From assembly GCA_963693365.1 (NCBI GenBank), contig CAVNZM010000013.1:5880640-5944639 (forward strand): DNA of 64,000 nucleotides, written 5' to 3'. The stretch is from Amoebidium appalachense. Its lineage: Eukaryota > Protista > Ichthyosporea. This document shows positions 35,035 to 56,752 of this stretch, one piece after another; position 1 is the first letter of the stretch; each line of letters starts with the position of its first letter. The position numbers and the translations under genes are program-made. The notes under the pieces were generated by a model. The model saw only the letters and a program-made list of their open reading frames with translations, ran no database searches and was not told the origin of the DNA.

Positions 35035-36502
35035 TGTGTGTGTGTCCATGCGGAGGGGAGGGGAAGGGTGGGGGGAGGGGGGGTGGGGGGAGGGGGGGGG
35101 GGGAGAGGGGGGAATGCAGTATACAATGTACACAATGACATGTGAATAGGTGCCGTGACAGAAAACACGTTGCAGACCATGAACTGACAGCACCGACCAC
35201 AGACTGACATAGGTGGAGTCAAGCTTTCCACGCACCCCCCCCCCCCCCCCCCCCTCCCTCTCCCCCATCCTCTACCCCCCCCCCCCCCCCCAAGGAAAAG
35301 ACCCAGAGTGGGGCCAGATCAAGGTAGTGGTCTCTGTAAATGTGAACCCAAACAACGCATGCCAAGCATATTCTCCTGGAATAAAAGGAGACAAGGGGGG
35401 CCACTTCTCCAGGCAACCTTGCATCTCCCATGTATATCTCCATCTCGATCTTCTCCTAGGCACACACCCCTCCCCCCCCCCCCCCCCCCCCCCCCCCGGG
35501 CCGCCAAAAAAAAAATTATCCCAAAGAAACATCCCCTCCTCTCTCTCTCTCTCTCTCTCTCCCCCCCCCCCCCCTCTCCCTCTCCAGCCCCCCCCCCCCC
35601 CCCCCCCCCTCTCTCTCTCTCTCTCTCCCCCCCCCCCCCCCCCCCCCCGGTTGCCCATCACCACCCCCACCCCCACCCCCACCCCCACCCCACCCCCATC
35701 ACCCCCCTATAGTGCCCCTGCTCCACTATACCCCTCCGTCCTCCTCCCTCCCCCCTCTCCCCCCCACACACACACACACACGTACCCGTGTGTTCTCTGA
35801 AGGCAGCCGCAGAGTTATCCTCCACCTCCCCCACCTCCTCCTCCTCCCCCTCCATCTCCATATCACCCATGTCCTCTCCCTCCCCCTCCCCTGCAGGGTC
35901 GTCTGGGTCGTAGACGAGCTCGTAGTTGACCTGATGCACGTGCAGGTCACGTGGTTACTATATATGGAAATGTGTACGTATGTCATTGCTATTACAAATA
36001 AATAATTTGTGTGTGCGTGTTCATTGCTATTATAAATAAACAGTTTGCGAGAACACGTCCATTGCCTATATATAGAGTGCCTCACATCCCACACACCAAC
36101 ATGATTTGGCCATTCCCACCATCCACCCCGTATCTTGATGTATGTAAATGCACACACCATCATCAGCACTCTACCTTTGTTCCATCCCTATCCATTAGAA
36201 AGGCCACTCCCAACCCTACCCCACCCTGACCCCTCGTCCCCTTCCCCACCTCTCTCTCACGTTTAACGTGTCACCACACACCCTAGCCTCTGCTTACAAC
36301 ACACACACACACACTTGTTGCCATAGCATGTGAAATTCCCCATACCTTCCCGTATAGTTCCTGTACCCCCCCCCCCCCCCCCCCCCATCTCCTCCCCCTC
36401 CTCATCACCCATCCCCCCGCACTCCGCCTACCTCCGCGCCTCTCCCCCCCCCCCTCCCTCCCCCACACACACATACACACACACATATACACACAGACAC
36501 AC

Positions 36503-36535
<33 letters not shown>

Positions 36536-36613
36536 GATACCCACCCACGCACATTCACACTTAAGCCAGCCAACCCTCGAAAAACCTAATCCATTATCTG
36601 CCTGTAAACATCC

Positions 36614-36644
<31 letters not shown>

Positions 36645-37919
36645 ACTCACCCACCCACCCACACACACACACGATAGGTCACCCAAGGCGAGAACCATCC
36701 GGCGACTATTAGCCCAGCAAATGCCGTCAAGTGCTTCTATTCATCCCTGATCATCCAAAACGAACCCCCTTCTCTGCCCCCCCCCCCCCCCCCCCCCCTC
36801 CTCTCCCTCCCCCCCCCAAAAAAAACACACAAACACACACACCCACATGCACAAACACACACGCAGAAACACACCACCACCACCACATATCCCCAAAATG
36901 CACCTATAAGGACACAGAACCAGAGCAGCGCAGAGAAGTAAGCAATGGAGTGAGCAAGAGAGAACCCCTACACCCACCCCATATAGTACGCCCATCTTCA
37001 CGCGCCCGCACCTCCTTCCCCACTTGCCCTCCCACTGGCCTCCCCACACACACAGACACGTAGACAACCAATCCACACACCCCACACACCTGCTCGTCGT
37101 CTTCCATATCATCATCCATGTCCATTTCGCCCTCTGCAATCCCATCACTTCAATCAGCCAACCTGCTTTGCTTCAAAAAAAACTCAGATTCCATCACACA
37201 TCTCAAACCGTTCCATCTTTACATATAGTTTGCTTTAACCACGAACCCACGTGCTTCTGTGTCTGTGAAATAATGGACATGCACTCATCAATTGTATGAA
37301 CACAAGTATGAACACAAGCAAACCCATGTGCCCCTGAGTTCAGAGGTGGGCATTTTAACTATATCATGTGACGTGCACCTGTGCTCATTCGTTGGTGCTA
37401 TGGACCCACCTGCCATATTTGGGGTGTTGTCGTCGAGAATCTCCACATATTCCACCTGCCCCTCCAAGCCCTTGAGCAGCCCCTCCTCCTGTCTGCTTGG
37501 CTCTGCCCCACACAATGTCAATCTCGGTACCCAAACACCATGCTCACCACCCTCCTCTCGCCCTCCCCATGCCCCGTAGCTTCCTGCCTAGCGCAACGAT
37601 ACCCCCCAATCCGCCCTCCCGCCCATCCTATGCCCCTTTTCCCACCACCTCCCAACCCAACCACTGTCACCACCTGTTCTACACCATCACTCACCCCAAC
37701 CTACCAATCACCTGCCCCTTGATTACCCAGTCTACAAGCAGTTGCTCTACTTTTCGAGAAATGCTTTATAGTAACACTTCAAACACCGACAACGCGCAAA
37801 AGTTGCACCCCTTCCCTCCAACCCGGCCCGTTTTCCATCACCACTCCCCATCCACCCCACATCTCACCGCACACCCTGTCAGATCCGGATACCCGGATAC
37901 CCAAGCACGTACCAGACAT
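27399..37919 (-). CDS. AAMP: WD40 protein AAMP/Sqt1 (uL16/Rpl10 chaperone family)
   Basis: About 13 exons. An acidic N-terminus ([15 protein letters not shown]) is followed by [131 protein letters not shown] and LTGSDDH. The start exon ATGTCTG at 37919-37913 is inferred. Confidence 0.88.
29931..30070 (-). repeat. Dispersed intronic element, best copy, in an AAMP intron
   Basis: G-run + TTGAATGCG..GTACGAAGTACAC..GTATGCATAATAAGCAGAGCCCATCCTCAGGG..GTCATCCACAGTAC. Related copies lie at 6767, 22152, 23045, 27629, 27763, 33912 and 34760. Confidence 0.8.
31040..31385. repeat. Degenerate ~34-bp tandem repeat in an AAMP intron, next to an acceptor
   Basis: Recurrent CACTGTGTGCAC(A/T)..ACTGCTTGCACCCATTCAAAA, about 9 imperfect copies. 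Confidence 0.75.
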
Positions 37920-38214
37920 TCCTGCGTTAATTTCTGCGTAGGGAGCAATCTTGGCTGTTGAAATGGGCTGTCAGATGCGCCAAGGTGAAGTCGTCACCGA
38001 ACCACACAGTAGAAAAAAGAGCCCAGAAAAAGATGCCACAAAACAAAGCGAAGTGAGTCCACACCAGCTTGCTGAACAGTCCAACTGAAGTTGCAACTGG
38101 TGTCTCCGGCAAGGTCACATGTACACGGATGATGACGTAATCTCGTGCCTTCAGACCAATCAATTGCGCTATAGATCATGACCTTCCTGTTTGCGCCATC
38201 ATGACGTCACCGGA

Positions 38215-38260
<46 letters not shown>

Positions 38261-39176
38261 ACCCACCCACCCGCAGCCCACCACCCATCCCACATACACA
38301 TGCTTCATCCCCAAGGGGCTACAGGGGTGGTTGCCTCCCCTCCCCCCCCCTCTTCCCCCCTGCCAGCACGTGATCGTGATGGCCAAACATCATGTCTTGA
38401 CTCCTTGACGTCGACAGAAATGAATGTGCGGGTGCACAATGTCATGTTGGCCTTGCCAAGTTTCGGGAGTGTGCGTGTGTGTACTATTGTGGCACAGGAT
38501 CTGCGGGTGGATACGACGCTGTACATGAGTGCCAGTCTTGCCCGTATCTGTTTAGCCTACAATTTGATACACAGGTGAGACTTCGGATGCCCAGCGTGTA
38601 CATGTGCCGGTTGCCCATGTATAAATCATAGGCTGATCAGGTACGCAACGCCGTGATCTGCATGTACATGTGCAGGTGTGCATCCATCGTTTGTGCACCT
38701 TGTACCGTGATGCGTTTTTGTGGTACGTATGTACACACGTGTGCGTAGGAATGTAGGGAACTATGTGCGAAAGTATGCCATCAGCACGTGTGCGCGCTCA
38801 GGCCACGTGTGCCATGCATGCCATTGCCAATGGGGAGACTGGAGATGGATAATGCCTTATCCTAGACCCTGGGAGTGGGGGCCCGGGAAGGGGGGAGGGG
38901 GGGGGGGGGGGGGGTAGTGTGTACGTACTAGCCTGCGTTTCAGGTGATCAAAGACTCCTAAGCAGCTTCAATGTTTACGTTTTGGGAATGTAAACTGCAG
39001 CCCAATCATAGCCACCGACCTCTGAGACTCAAATGATCATGCATATGATATCGGGGTTTACGCTGTTTACTCGAGACAAAGAGAGACCAGTCTCAGGTAT
39101 GGAGGGTTTTTGCTCAAAATATCCCCTCAGCGGTATGTCATGATCAAGTACATAGATGTCGGGTGATATCGATGAT

Positions 39177-39220
<44 letters not shown>

Positions 39221-39478
39221 GTAAAGTTGCAGACTTTCACAGGTATACATGATGGTGTAAGCGATACCGTTGCTTACAGCGTTGCTAGTACGTTTCCCGT
39301 TGCTTGCAGCCTTACTGGCGCCGTTGCTTTACCGTTGGGGTGTGTCCAATGATGACAGTAATGGTGAGTGCAATGCCGTTGGTTGGACTCAGGGTGTAGG
39401 CAACCCATGTCATGTGAAAGCAACGGTGTCACTTCCACCATTAATGGAGTAATTGATGGTAGCACTAGCAGCATTACT

Positions 39479-39566
<88 letters not shown>

Positions 39567-40405
39567 GTGCACCCACACTCCCACACACAAATTTTACAGG
39601 CAAAATAATAGCACTTGCTTTATGATCGATTTGTATCATTTCCTGCAATAATTATAATTATCAATATCCCCGGTCCCCTAGACCTGTATATGTTTTGTCG
39701 ATGACTGACTTTCTAACATTTTTCATGTGTCATGAAGTGGCGTTTGTGAACCAAATGTGCACATGTTCAATGGCCGAGGTCATAATGACTTTGCATTTGC
39801 GGCCATAATTTATTGAAATAGTATAAAACTTGTGCTGAAAAGCACATCTGCCGGCAGCAACAAAGCACGGCTAACAGCAATGTCTTTTGCTAATTAATCA
39901 GACATAATTGGAATCAAGAGCTATTAATAGCCGAGTGTGACCCAGGCCCACACTGAGAACTCAAATAAGATCTACCTCCGGCAGCTATAGTGTATTTTTT
40001 GGCAAAACATCCCTGTGAATTCCTCTACATTTTAACCCCCCCCCCACACACACACCCTGTCCTTCCCCTCCCAAATCCTCCGCAAGGAAACATGATGCCC
40101 AACCCCCCCCCCCCCCCCCCCCCCCCCCCCAAATAGGAACTCCCCCCTCCGCCCGCGTGCTACGTACGCAATGGGGGTTCTAAAAAAAGATTCAAAAGAA
40201 ACTTGAAACTAAAGAAATATTTGGTCTACCCAAGCACAGAGTTCAAAATGACAATTAGGACACTGGTCCCACCACAAACAACCCTTCCCTGCCAGAAAAT
40301 GTGCTAATGGTACGTGATTGTGTGGATAGCCGGGCGCCAGTGTTTGTGTGTATGCACAGCCGTGTGCAATGCATGTCTACACTGTGTGTGTGTTGGGCGA
40401 GGGGG

Positions 40406-40450
<45 letters not shown>

Positions 40451-40702
40451 TGTGTGTGTGTGGGTGCGCACCCGCGCACGTCTGAGACTCTACCGTGACA
40501 GTGTGATTGCGGATGTGCACATGCACGTGTGGGTTAGGAAACGTGTGCAGATGTGAATGTGCACCGCCCACCGTGGGTGGTGTGCTTGCGGCTCAGGCAA
40601 CCATGGGGATACCTGCTGGTGTGTGTGTGTTTGTGGGGGGGGGGGGGGGGGGGGGGGGGGGGGAGGGGAGAAAGAGAATTTACACCCACACTGCACCTAG
40701 AA

Positions 40703-44656
<3,954 letters not shown>

Positions 44657-45890
44657 TCTCGCCCTGAATTATACAGCTATGGACCTGGTACTGAGGTAGG
44701 AACAGCGCGGCTCCAGCACCATCGACGAAGAGTTCTCTTGAACGTTCGATTACGTAATTGCTTTCGCGTTAGTCTAGGGGTCGATGAGCAATGAGTTTAG
44801 GTGGAAAGCAAAGCTCATGAGTAAATACTGTTAGAGCAAACAGCATTGCTATTTACAATAAAAATTATGCTATTAATTATTATATAGAAATTATTTTTTG
44901 AAGAACAAACCATTTGCCACAGCCAGCTGCCTAAGACATAATCACGCATCCCGATCATGATCATGGATCACGCGCGCATGCGCATGATGTCAGAAACCGT
45001 GAAATCAATGGTACAGCCTTGCTGTTCTTCTATTTAGATGTAATTACGGCCCGTACAAAATAGTAAAACAGACCCCAAAAAGAGAAAGAGAGAGAAGAAG
45101 CTCCAGGCCCCTAAAGATCATCACCCATAAAAAAAAATTGCAAAAAAGCCAATAACATTACAACTTCGAAAGCACCGCCAGGAGGACCAATCACAAGCTA
45201 GCAGCCAGTGCCCGACTCCTTTGATTGGCTGACGTTTGTGGCCTGTGTGAAAGCAACGACCAGTACCATCCGCAAAGCCCCCCTCCGCCTAAACCCTGTC
45301 TTGTATTGTTAACCGCACTACAAGTTGGAATATATATAAATAACGGATATAATTAAAAAATACTCTAACGGTTTTGTGAGATTTCAGTTGAATAATTTAG
45401 ATGTTATAGGTAAATCTGTAGCCGGTTGCGATCTGCAGCCGGCTATAATTTTTACATCCCATGGTAATTTCAAGCTTGCGTAAAGAGCCCCAGGCCGTTT
45501 GTTCGCGCCTGTTTGAGAAAAGTCCGTTGTTTTTGCGACACACGGTCAGTTTGTTTTGGCGGGCGTTCTTAGCACATGTGGTTGACATTTTAGTGTTTAT
45601 GTTAGAGGCTGCATGCATATTTGCAAACCAACAAAATGGCGCACATAACACACATGCACCACGCCATACTAGTTTGTGGAGAGCAACGTATACCAGCTGC
45701 GGTTGGCCATAGGCTCTACCGGTGCTGAAGGCTGCACTATAAAAAGGTCCGTACAAGACGTAGTTATTCCACCCGGTCACAAAGGCTACTGTGTGACAAG
45801 GGTGTCCACGACTTTTCTTCTTGCAGCTACCCTCTGTCCTGTGTAGCGTTAGTGTGTCTTTTCCCAGCCGTCTAGACGTTGACCATCAAA

Positions 45891-46912
45891 ATGAGCACGT
45901 TCCAGAAGATCGTCCGTGAGGTGAGGGTTTCTTTTTTACACCGTGCCAAGGGTATGCAGAAACTTAAAGATACGGTCATTCGGTTGCATAGGCCGCTGTA
46001 AACCCTACCTAGATTTTACGTTTTGTGTTTTGTCAGTCATCTCCCTTGCATGTACACGGTTGCCCCCCCTTCCCCCCTTTAATTTTTTGGTGTGTTTTGT
46101 TCACTTTGGAGGAAGTGTTGTGATGGAAGCGAATGGGTCCGTCATTCAGAAAGCCAATAGTGTGACACACCCGTTGACTGCAGGAGAACAACGCCTTGGC
46201 AGAGCGCATTGCCGAGATGGTCCAGGCTGCCGTTCAGACTGCTCTCTCAGCTCAGCTGCAGCAAGCTCCAGCTCCAGCACCAAAGATCCCTGCTAATGGC
46301 AAGACAAAGATCGAACTTCCTACGGTGAGTGGCTGGATGAGTCCTTTTATCATTGTACCAGTCTCTGAGCTATAAATACAAGAGGGGTTACTGTCCCCCC
46401 CCCCCCCTCCCCCACTTTTGAATGGAAATTCCTACTTTTATGACATGTTAAAAAATAGCCGTTCTGCTGCTGCTGTGCTCTATGGTCGCTGCTCCTCCGT
46501 GTTTGGGGTGCCTTGTGAATGGTAGCTATGCCATAAGTAAAAGCTTTGGCGTGCCTTCGATAGTGATGGAGACCGGTGAGCTTTGGTGTGTCTTTGAGTA
46601 GCCTGTTTTTCCGCGCTTTCCCTCTTTTAAAAACAGAGAGCTAACGCATCTATTTCTCAGGGCACCGTTAGCAACGCCGTAAGAGCGCATCTTCAGGACA
46701 TGGATCAGAATGTTCTCGACTTCACCTGGGGCAAGATGGACAAGGCAGGCAAGGGTGTGTTTGTCGCTGCTGTGCGCAAGGGGCACATGTGTTATACGTG
46801 TTTCTTAACACGGGTTTGGGATTGTGGTGCTGGTGTATCTGTATCATACAGTGGTGCTAGTGTGTATTTATTGAAGTGCATACGTGCACAGTTGTACGGG
46901 TCTCTTCCGTGA
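45891..46912 (+). CDS. Unknown spliced protein inside the CACTA-like element, divergent from the transposase
   Basis: Exons 45891-45920, 46184-46324 and 46661 to at most 46912, with canonical sites (GAG|GTGAGG, CAG|GAG, ACG|GTGAGT, CAG|GGC), all phase 0. Protein: MSTFQKIVRE-ENNALAERIAEMVQAAVQTALSAQLQQAPAPAPK..-GTVSNAVRAHLQDMDQNVLDFTWGKMDK... AATAAA follows the stop. The 3' end is uncertain. Confidence 0.65.
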
Positions 46913-47676
46913 ATAAAACAAAAACGAAGTATGAAGTGTCTATCTAAAGTGAGCAGAACCCAGACGATGGGTGGGTGGGTGAAAAGCGGTCCGGGGGGGG
47001 GGGGGGGGGGGGGGGGACCGGGTCACCCCCACTCCTGCACTTGCACTTGCACGTTGGTTCCTCCATTACTTTCACCGGCCACTGTGCAGTGAAGGGTGTG
47101 TTTTATTGCGTTGCTGTCGGTGTAGCCGCTGCCGGTGATTACACACTTGAATGGACGTTACTTACACGTGGCTTGCTGCAGTGATTGCTTGTTACTTACA
47201 ACGTTGCTCACCCATTGGAAATGTATATTGTGGGTGTACAATCAACGTGTTGCTTAACAATCAAATGCGTTGCTTACACATTACCTTGCCCCGTTGATAC
47301 AACGTTTACTGCGCTACTTGCACGTTTGATTACACGTATTGTCATCAACAGTGATTGCACCGTTGGTTACACGTTGCTGGGTCGCTGGCCAAACCAACGG
47401 CATTGCTCACACCGTTGTAAAGTCCGTTGATTGTACCAGTGCCCTAAGGGAAGAAGCAACGGTCGAATCAAATGAGAAAGTAACGGTTGCTTACACCACC
47501 ATGTATACCTGTGTTTGCAGACTGCTTTGGGTCAAGTTGTGATCTCGAGCATACCTTTCGTGGGGTACTGCTTCCTTTATTTTTTCTTTTATAATAGAAG
47601 GGTCTGGAACTAGTAGCAACAAGTGTAAAGAAGAACCACGTATAAAACCTTTTGTACTTACTTTCCTCATTAACTA

Positions 47677-48555
47677 CAGTATGCGTCCGCGCGTAACATA
47701 CTCCGCGCACAACATAACGTCGACGCCGATTTTCAAAAATCTTAACATACTGACCTCGGTCATTTTTCGGGATTATGTTAGCGCACCAGGGGGTCCTATA
47801 CATAGTAGGACGAATTATCGGTTTTATCTGGTCAGTTTAGACCCCCTATCTTTAGTATTTCGATCTCTTTCCCAGACAAAACAGTGGTTCGCCGTGATTT
47901 TAACGACCGCCCAAAGCTCGGCAGGGCCAATGATAGGCGGCGGCCGCACATCGCATGGTATGCAAAGAAGGACTCATGTGGCCGACTATGTCGATAAACG
48001 AGCAGAAACATACGAAGGCCCCAACTAGTTCGAAGCAGTCTTGTATAGCTAGTTTTTACATCCTAGTCATATAGGCAGGTTGAATGCATATTAAACCCAC
48101 CGATCATGACCAAGCCAGTAGTCCAGGTGCAGGCAGCTGCACTTGGGGCGTTGAATAGTGCACTGCACACAGTAAATGAGGCCACAGACAAGTTTCAGGA
48201 AACTACCCAAGAAGCCCAAGCAATCATTTCTGAGGGTTTTGTAAACGCAAACAACACAATCAACAACGCAACCACACGTGCAATTGCACAAGCCGAAACG
48301 GCAAAAGCACAATTGCGCTCGCACATGGAGAGTTTAGAGAGCCGCAGAGCCCCCACACGCGCGGAATCGCTGAGTCTTTTCCGTGTGAGTTACGGTAATG
48401 GTTTGGAGCTTGATGAAACCCTGAATACGGATTCGTATGAGGCGAAGGGGGAGGGGTTGCCTCTTACTCGTGTAAGTGTGTGGTGCCAAATTCGTGGTGT
48501 GAGAGTAAGGTGTGAGGGAGCAGAAAGACTAGTACGTCCTTGTTTGTATGAGTTG

Positions 48556-48593
<38 letters not shown>

Positions 48594-48771
48594 CTTTTTT
48601 GGTTTGGTCCCCTTGAAAAAATTTAGTATGTTTTTATTATTATTTGAATCAATTACTTATTGATTTCCTCTATATTTACTTATTTAGCGGGTTGGGGAGG
48701 AGGGGAGGGGGGGTGGGGGGGGGGGGACTTGATGTACTAAATGCTAGACTTTCAAGTATTGATTTAGATTT

Positions 48772-48836
<65 letters not shown>

Positions 48837-49255
48837 CACACACACACACACAGGCTTTCACGCTTTCAGCTTCTTTTTTTTTTTTTCAAAGTTTTTTTTT
48901 TTTTTTTTTTTCCCGAATTTCCCCCTTTTTTTTTTTTCACCATCTCAAAAAGGAACTAGTATAAGTATTCTTTGTTTATTCATTCATTTGATCAATTTAT
49001 TATTTGTTTACTACTATATTTATGTCATTTAGCGGTTTGCGGATTCCCCGCCCGATGGAGAGGCCCAGTGTGGCCTCATGGGCGGGCGGGAGGGCGGGCG
49101 GGTGGGCGGGGGGGGGGGGGAGGGGGGGGGGGGGGGGGGGGGGGGGTAACATAATCGAGACGGGCTCTGGGAGCCTATTTTTAGATACTAATTAAAATTT
49201 AACATAACGACCTCGACCCTTGTCGGGGCGGTATGTTATGCGTGGACGCATACTG
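47677..49255. mobile_element. Tc1/mariner/pogo-type non-autonomous TIR element, 1579 bp
   Basis: TIR CAGTATGCGTCC(G/A)CGC(G/A)TAACATAC at both ends, flanked by TA (47675-47676 and 49256-49257). No transposase is visible inside. Confidence 0.88.
48106..48663 (+). CDS. Cargo ORF with Ala/Thr/Gln/Asn-rich predicted coiled-coil N-terminus; true 3' end uncertain
   Basis: About 120 codons of helical-looking sequence after the ATG. A GTAAGT donor lies near 48472, after which the frame runs into low-complexity sequence. Confidence 0.4.
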
Positions 49256-49512
49256 TAGCCAGAAAATTGAAGAAAAGTCGTAAACATTGTCTTAGAAGTA
49301 GGACGGGTGGCAACAGGGACAGTGTGGCTATTTAGTAAGGTTTTCTCGATAAAAGTGCCCTAAGTTGGACCTTAGGTAGGTTGCCTCAGAATTAAGATCT
49401 GGTGGTCGGGTTTTTTGCATGCGTTAGCCTATATCTCTAGCTAGCAGCACATAGTGGTCTTAGCCGCTCCAGAAACACACAACGAAAGTTATTTTTTTAG
49501 TTTAATTAAAAT

Positions 49513-50460
49513 TTAGCGGAAAAAAATCACGTGTTTTTTTAGAAGGTCGCCAACTTCGATGGCCACCCGACGGTCGATCACCCGTTTGATATGCCCCATT
49601 CGTCCACCTTCGAATCCCAAATACTTGTATTCGATTGGGCGAGGGAGGGGACTGCCGAAAAATACAAACGTCGTCCCAGGTTGGGATGGATTTGATAAAA
49701 GGGCACACTTTTTAACGTTAACCTTCATATCATTACGCTGGCACCAGTGTTCAACCACACGTATATATTGCCGAAATTCGATAGGATCGGATGACATAAG
49801 CACAATATCGTCGGCGAAAAAGAGGGCGGGTGGGGCCTTGGAAGCCAACCCCCCGTCAATTTGTGCAGCAGAAAGGGCGTCAGCCAAATCGTCAATATAC
49901 AGGACCTGGTTGAAAAGAAGTGGGCTTAGCAGGGACCCCTGTATATACTCCGCGCGTGCGGGTAAATCCCGGGGACAGCCGCCCATTAACCACCGCCCGT
50001 CCGCGCGTAAACGTAAACATAGCTTCCAATAGCCGACCCATTTGGGATGGGACACCGCGGGTGGCCAACTTGGCCCACAAGCGACGGAGGTCGACCGTGT
50101 CGTACGCATTCTTGAAGTCGATAAAGACGAGGTGCTCGGTATCACCTTGGGTTGCGTTGTGTAGTGTGAGAATTTGAGCGTAACATGAGTGACGATTCCG
50201 AAATGCCGCCTGAAGTGGGCTCAGCTGGGAAGCTTGCTTAAGGGTGGGATTACGAGAAAAGGCCTGTGAAAGGCCACTTTCGAACAATCGGCGAAAGACG
50301 GACGTAAGCTTATTAAGTGTGATGATAGGGCGAAATTCGTGAATGGGACCCCGTGCAACCGTTTTCTTGATGGGAAATTTAAACACTATGGTGTCCAGCC
50401 ACTCCGTGGGCACTTTACTGACATCAGAATACCAGCTAAACAATTCGCTAAGAATACACG
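49513..50460 (-). pseudogene. Non-LTR retrotransposon (LINE) reverse transcriptase relic, copy 2, frameshifted
   Basis: FRPII, QAAFR, FIDFKNAYDTV, then a frameshift near 49940 into QGSLLSPLLF, FFADDIVL, VNVKKC and YKYLG. Confidence 0.9.
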
Positions 50461-51464
50461 CAAGGGGTGGCGGCGGGCCACGGGGAGCGGACAGGTCTGA
50501 TAGAGAAGAGAGGGTGGGAGGGCAAATAATTCTTTAAGCGGCTTATGCGCTTATTGAATTTCAGCGCGAGATGGGATACTCTAGCGGCTATTGGGACCAG
50601 ACCATATATCGAGAACGTTACAGGCCCAGGTTTACAACAGTTGTTAGATAGAAAGGAGGCAACTTCTACTTCAAGGAAATTTGCCAAGGGTTTAAGCGCT
50701 CTAGTTCTCTGTTTCTTGATCCGAGCGGCGAGAAGGGGTAAACCATATTCACATGCCGGGAAGACAAAAGTGCGAATAAATGTAAGTCTAATTGAAGGAT
50801 GGAGGGGTGTGTCTTTAAAAATATTAGCCGAGAAGAAAGCTAACCGCTTAGAGCCAGCTCTACCCTCTTTTCAACCTTATAATATGGGAAAACATAACTT
50901 AACAGAATTAACCGGAACACCAAGATATTTGTATTCTGGGGCTATAGGTACAGGTTTAGATGATAATGTAAATGTGTGTAAGTTGTTAGCTATATCAGGT
51001 ACAAGAACACCACATTTGTCTATGTGAAGGGTCATAAGGTTTGCCTTGCACCACTCTGACACTATATCGAACAATCTTTGCAGGCGTCTAGGGGTACGGG
51101 CAAGGAGGGACAGATCATCAGCATAGAGAAGTGTAGGCGAAAAGTTATTTAAAGGGTCATCATTTTCGGCGTAAATCTTGACAGCCAAATCATCTATAAA
51201 TAGGTTAAACAAAAAGGGGCTAAGCAATGAACCCTGCAAGAGACCTCTAGTACGAGAAAAACCATATGAAAGGTGCCCATTAACCACAGCTCTACCATAG
51301 GTTTGAGACAAGAGTGTTTCTAACAAAACACCAATGCAGTGTGGTACACCCCGTGCAGCAAGCTTTTCCCACAGGAGACCAGGGGAGACAGAATCGTAAG
51401 CAGTTTTCCAATCAATAAAGCCAACATATCGTGCACCAACTTGCATAGAATAGTGCAATGCCAT
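50448..51464 (-). pseudogene. Non-LTR retrotransposon reverse transcriptase relic, copy 1, 5'-truncated and disrupted
   Basis: FIDWKTAYDSV, GLLQGSLLSPFLFNLFIDDL, LLYADDL, IDKC and YKYLG, followed by a disrupted thumb region (RTFVFPACEYG). Confidence 0.9.
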
Positions 51465-51801
51465 TATTTGAACATAAGATGTCTGATACTATGGCAGCCT
51501 GTTGCTGGCCGGAGCGGTGGGTGGTTACCCCGCCCCGGGCCCTTTCCTTCCAAGGGGGGAAGACCACCCATCAAAAGGGTGGGTGGGGGGGGGGGGGGGG
51601 GGGGCCCTCCCTCCCCGGAATCTTAATTCCTAAACCATTTAAAGTTGCGCCTCCCTCCCCCCCCCCTCCCCCCCCCCCCCCCCCCCTTCCCCCCGGTTTC
51701 GAAATCAAACTTCCATAATTGGCACATTTTCTAATTTACTACCACATTTGCAACTAATATTAAAATTTATTCTTTTTATTAATGGGCCGCACGAATCGAT
51801 G

Positions 51802-56148
<4,347 letters not shown>

Positions 56149-56275
56149 TCTGTCGGGGGAAGGGTCGCAGGTGGGTTGCGAGTCAATGAAGGCAGAAGCG
56201 AAGGTGTGAGACTCGGTGCAGTCAAAGCAGCTCACGGTGTTTTGTTGCTTGACTGTGATGCGCACCACTGGAAAG

Positions 56276-56510
56276 GTGACCTCAAGAGTTTCAAACCTCG
56301 GGAGTTTTGAGACGACAATTGAAAACCTCGGGAGTTCGAATTCGGAAACCTCGCGATCGGGAACGATCGAAAACCTCGGGAGTTTGAGAACCTTGGGAGT
56401 CAGAAACCTCTGGAGCTTGAGAACCTCGGGAGTCTGAAAACCTCGGGATTTGGAAACCTCGGGGGTCCGAAGCGCACAGCCTCATGAGCCTGAAACCATG
56501 AAACCTCGGC
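56276..56510. repeat. Cluster of ~11 AAACCTCGGGAGT-like motifs upstream of the GGCT-like gene
   Basis: (G)AAACCTCGGGAGT-like core repeated with roughly 14-27 bp spacing. Confidence 0.8.
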
Positions 56511-56563
56511 ATTTATCAGGCAAACTCACACGAACACTGTACACGCACACAAATCACACGCAC

Positions 56564-56670
<107 letters not shown>

Positions 56671-56687
56671 TCACAGCACACACAGGA

Positions 56688-56752
<65 letters not shown>

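Noticed and set aside
38911-38920. TAGTG as a CACTA terminus
   Set aside because: No matching partner end was found. The real TIR pair is CACAG at 39238 and 47513.
56276-56510. CRISPR-like array
   Set aside because: The repeat core is too short and degenerate, and the spacers are only a few bases.
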